The notes under the pieces: generated by a model
The model's input: the letters and a program-made list of their open reading frames with translations, nothing else
The model's database searches: none
Told to the model about the DNA's origin: nothing
DNA from: Azolla caroliniana
Taxonomy: Eukaryota > Plantae > Polypodiophyta
Reading direction: 5' to 3'
Assembly: GCA_043228905.1 (NCBI GenBank)
Contig: JBHGNT010000006.1
Location: 17,608,001-17,672,000, forward strand
DNA length: 64,000 nucleotides
Shown here: positions 60,309-64,000 of the stretch, piece after piece
Layout of the letters: the number at the start of each line of letters is the position of its first letter
Numbering within the stretch: the stretch's first letter is position 1
Translations under genes and position numbers: made by a program

Positions 60309-60815
60309 GTGTCTGGTGCTGATGACGTTGCAACAGATGAGGATACTGCTGCCAACGTGGCTGAAAGTAAGAGTCTTGCTATCACATCTCCTTCAGATCA
60401 GCTCCACCCTATTCTTTTGGAACAATGTATTGAATTAGGCAACGATGTGAAATGCCATGAAATAGTGGAAACAACATGTAAAACTGAGGTTCACAACAAC
60501 AATGTTTATGAACACTTGATGCAACATTTCTTCGAATCTCAAGACCTTGATTCCACCCCACCGAGCCCAACTACTGAAAATGTCCAAACAGATCCCTCTG
60601 TACTTGAAAAGCTAGTTCAAGAAATGGCTGATGTGCAATTAGTTGTTGAGGCGATGGGAAGGTTGTCGGAGGAGGACACACTTGCGCATTGGGTGAAAGA
60701 AGCAAGGCTAAATGGGCAACCGGCCCGAAAAAGGCGGAAGAAGGGGCCACGATTGGGAACAAGACCAGTTACTCGGTCAAGGGGCCCAGACGTAGTGGAG
60801 CGAAATACTGTTTAG
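60309..60815 (+). CDS. Hypothetical acidic protein with a basic NLS-like C-terminus (possibly one exon of a larger gene)
   Basis: 168-codon open frame; ARKRRKK; no recognised domain. Confidence 0.4.
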   Translation: MSGADDVATDEDTAANVAESKSLAITSPSDQLHPILLEQCIELGNDVKCHEIVETTCKTEVHNNNVYEHLMQHFFESQDLDSTPPSPTTENVQTDPSVLEKLVQEMADVQLVVEAMGRLSEEDTLAHWVKEARLNGQPARKRRKKGPRLGTRPVTRSRGPDVVERNTV

Positions 60816-60985
60816 TTGGATATGATTGTAAGCTTAGGGATTTTGCTAGGGTTTTATGAAGTTTTACTATCCTGTTGGACAAGTAAAACCTCTGATTGGT
60901 TGTTGCTTGATCCACATTATGTAATGGAACTCTATGATGTTTTTCCAAGATAATTTGAAGAGTGTTGTTCTATGACTGAAACTCT

Positions 60986-61924
60986 TTGATGTTCAGGATG
61001 TTGTTTTGTGAGACTGTTAGTTACTTTGTAAGTGTGAATATGTTGGTGTTTTCTGATGTTGTAGAGTTTAAAGGGTTTGATTCTATTGCTCGTAAGGCCA
61101 ATGGCAGTGTGGATACTTTTGATGTTGCGGCATGTTTAAAGGGCCCCATCTTGAAAGTAGATGTAGCAACAGACACAAGTGATCTGGTCACACAAGTTGA
61201 TCAGGCATGTTGCACAGATGACTTGGTGTTGCAGGTAGATGCAGCATGTTGCACGGAAGACTTGGTGTTGCAGGTAGATGCAACATGTCATACTAGTGGA
61301 CTGATATCAAGTAGATCAGTAGCTACATGTACCAAGGTAATCCAAGGATTGATAACTAAGTCGACAAAACAAGAGCACCAGAATGTGAAGCCAAGCCCAA
61401 CACAGTCGACTAGGGGTTTGAAGAGGAAAAGGACGCCAGTTGTGTCGGTCGAACCTGAGCTGATTGAGATTGATCGTGTCCTACCAGAAAATGGTGTAAC
61501 AGCGGCTCAGTTTCAGGAATGGAAACCTAAACCACTAGAAGTCGAAAGAAGAGCCTTGATGTTGGAGCGTGATAAAGTCTTGATGAGTGTGAGATATATG
61601 CAGCCAAGGAGGGACGCGAATCAGTTTCTAGAGTGGGTTGTGCAATACTTTGATTTGTTTATTTGGAGTGAAAAACCAAAATCAGATGTGTGGAAGTGTT
61701 TAGCAAGATTCTTCCCAAAATGGCAAAGTCGTTTTAAAGGTCAATGGGCACGAGAAAATTGTGAGCAAATGGAAGCGGCAAGATTCAAGAGACTTTCTGA
61801 TTTTTGGGCTACTTGGCCTGAATATAATGCCGACAATACATTGATTTTGGATATAGAACATTTCCGGCACTACTTCAATATTCGGAGATGCTGTCTCATT
61901 CTACCCGAGGAAATGCCTGAATAG
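60986..61924 (+). CDS. FCP1/NIF (HAD-like) CTD-phosphatase-related protein with 13-aa repeats; catalytic motif degenerate
   Basis: QFLEWVVQYFDLFIWS, FKRLSDFW and YNADNTLILD resemble the NIF domain; ALMLERDKVL sits where DxDxT is expected; DLVLQVDAACCTE repeats. Confidence 0.55.
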   Translation: MMFRMLFCETVSYFVSVNMLVFSDVVEFKGFDSIARKANGSVDTFDVAACLKGPILKVDVATDTSDLVTQVDQACCTDDLVLQVDAACCTEDLVLQVDATCHTSGLISSRSVATCTKVIQGLITKSTKQEHQNVKPSPTQSTRGLKRKRTPVVSVEPELIEIDRVLPENGVTAAQFQEWKPKPLEVERRALMLERDKVLMSVRYMQPRRDANQFLEWVVQYFDLFIWSEKPKSDVWKCLARFFPKWQSRFKGQWARENCEQMEAARFKRLSDFWATWPEYNADNTLILDIEHFRHYFNIRRCCLILPEEMPE

Positions 61925-62428
61925 TACCTGGTGCAAACAGTGAGCTGCCAACTAGGTGCATGGTTGTGGACTCCATATCGAGATCGATATGTGGATAATA
62001 TATGTAGACTCGTTCCACTCACTAGCAAGAGCTTAGTTATTTATAGGAGATTTGTAGACATTTCCAATGGTAATTTATAAATATGTAAAGAGATGACATT
62101 ATTCAATGAAGAATTTAATTACTTGTTCCCATTGTACTTATCTACTGTGTAATTTGAGGAATATGTTGCAGATTGTTGATTTCATGCTATTGATGACTAT
62201 TTAGCTATTGACAGCTAATTAGCTGCATTTGTACAACTAATTAGCTACTAATGACTATTTCGCTGTAACTTATAACTTAAAACTTAACAAAAAAGACATG
62301 ATTTTATTGAGAAAGAAGCACAGAAAGCAGATTGTATACAAGAAATTGATTCTCAAACGAATTTATTTAACTGTTTTCGCGAAATACATGTTTGTTTTAC
62401 AAGAGAACATGGTAATTGCTACTTGTAG

Positions 62429-64000
62429 CTACAAATTCCATGGCATACTATTGTAAATACATTCATACACATTAGCACTAACAGTGTATAAACTTGAGCA
62501 GCTATTGTATTCTGACATTGGGATATTGATGCACCTGACCAAATGAGAGTACATGTACGCCGTTGGTTTGTCTTCTAACAACCTGTACACATATTCGTAG
62601 TCATCTAGTTTTGAATAAAAAATGCCTTCGATGTAGAATGTCCCAGCAGATACAAAATTTCCCCATGCATCTACAATATTCTGCCTTGCACACTGTTTAC
62701 TAACCGTGCACTTCAATATATAGAAATCAACACCCTCTGAATTGCCTTCTTCAGCATTTACAACGAAGTTATCCCCAACGTTCAGGACATCACTCAAAGT
62801 ATCTCCAAGTCCCTCATATGTGAAGTCAGCATTCTGCCCTGTTTCTCCATCAACTGCTTCCTTATCATTCAGAGTGTGATACTCCCAATTCTAAATGTAT
62901 GCTTTGTTTAGACAATATCTCCAATTTCCCTGCACACAATGGAAGCAAAAACAAGTCAATTCTCTAACCGCAATACAATGACCATCCAACCTGGAATAAC
63001 CGCGAACAACATGCAGAGATCGCAATTCGGGAATTCCTTGGCACTCCCAGGTCTTGTCCCTATTTACTTCATCTATCTTCACTTCCCAAAATTCACATTT
63101 GATATCTCGGACTTGCGAGGAATAAACACCTGTTGCACTCGTTGACATATTTGTTCTTAAAAATTCAACTACATGTGATGCACAATTCATGTGCACACCA
63201 TCTGTCTTTAGTTGTTCATGGGTAAGTGCCCGCTTTATAACAGCCCCTGCACCATCATGTTCACCTTTACCATGGCCAGACCCAAAAAAATTCCATCTCA
63301 TCTCCAAACCTGTTATAGCAGGATACCTCCCCACAAAATAAAATGGACGTCGAGCCTTGAATTGTGACGCAGCTCCGTCAGACCAGACCCAATGTTGAGT
63401 AAGCTCCAAACGTTGAGCTAATAACCACTACCAATGTAACTTAAAACAGTGTTGGATGAACAAGGTATCATGCTTCTTATCATCGGAAATAAAGAAATGA
63501 ATTACTTTTTTAACATCACCTGAAACTCGAAAATATGTTATGTGCACAAAAATGGTTACCTGAACTGAACACCAATGCATAGATTGAATTTCATTCTGTT
63601 GTTTGAAAGTATAATTCTCTGCGAAATCTACTACTAAGACTACTACATCATTTGGGAAATCAGATATGCAAGTCTTAAACTGATGGGCCTACCATGAATA
63701 AATGAAGTTGTGTTTAATGAACTTTCCTAGAGATACTACAAACAGAGACACCAAATCCCTTGGTTTAAGCATCTTCCGAACTAGATCCTTTCTTTTACAC
63801 ACCTTTCCTTCGAAATTGGTGTTCACTGACTCAAAGAACTTCACAGAGATCAATATTTCACTACTCAATTCATTTGGACACCACCTAAATCTAGTAGGGC
63901 CACAATCTTGACATAAACCCAAGACACATTTATGAATATGGAAGATAGCGTCAGTTTCTCTCGGACACAATATTGACTCTAATAAATAACTCATGGAAGA
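62429..64000 (-). pseudogene. Sola2-like DDD transposase; single frame with three TAG stops; continues beyond the window
   Basis: VDFAENYTFKQQNEIQSMHW, WSDGAASQFK, WNFFGSGHGKGEHDGAGAVIKR, C-terminal CFCFHC; ORFs starting at 63994, 63409 and 62797 share one frame. Confidence 0.8.

Overview
Repeat-dominated nuclear DNA of a land plant, probably a non-seed plant such as a fern or lycophyte (inferred from the Tcn1-like, Ylt1/Phygy-like, RTEX-like and Sola2-like elements). The one intact host gene is a 4-exon GDSL esterase/lipase (10920-13409). The rest is mostly nested, decayed Ty3/Gypsy and Ty1/Copia LTR retrotransposons, LINE fragments, microsatellites and tandem arrays. At the right end is a Sola2-like DDD transposase facing a RING-finger gene and an FCP1/NIF-like gene. 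Main hunt results: (1) LTRs of at least five different families, both Gypsy and Copia, carry a tRNA-like Pol III A-box/B-box module near the LTR 5' end, antisense and pointing outward; (2) a minimal type I hammerhead ribozyme with an upstream TATA lies in an ORF-less 2.1-kb purine-rich insert (Penelope/retrozyme-like); (3) a tRNA-Trp-primed Gypsy lineage inserts at 4-bp CpG-centred sites and has a young gag+protease-only tandem derivative; (4) a ~0.9-kb array of the palindrome TAGCTAATTAGCTA. All calls were made by eye without database searches, so family names are motif-based and boundaries are approximate unless TG..CA, PBS, PPT or TSD evidence is cited.
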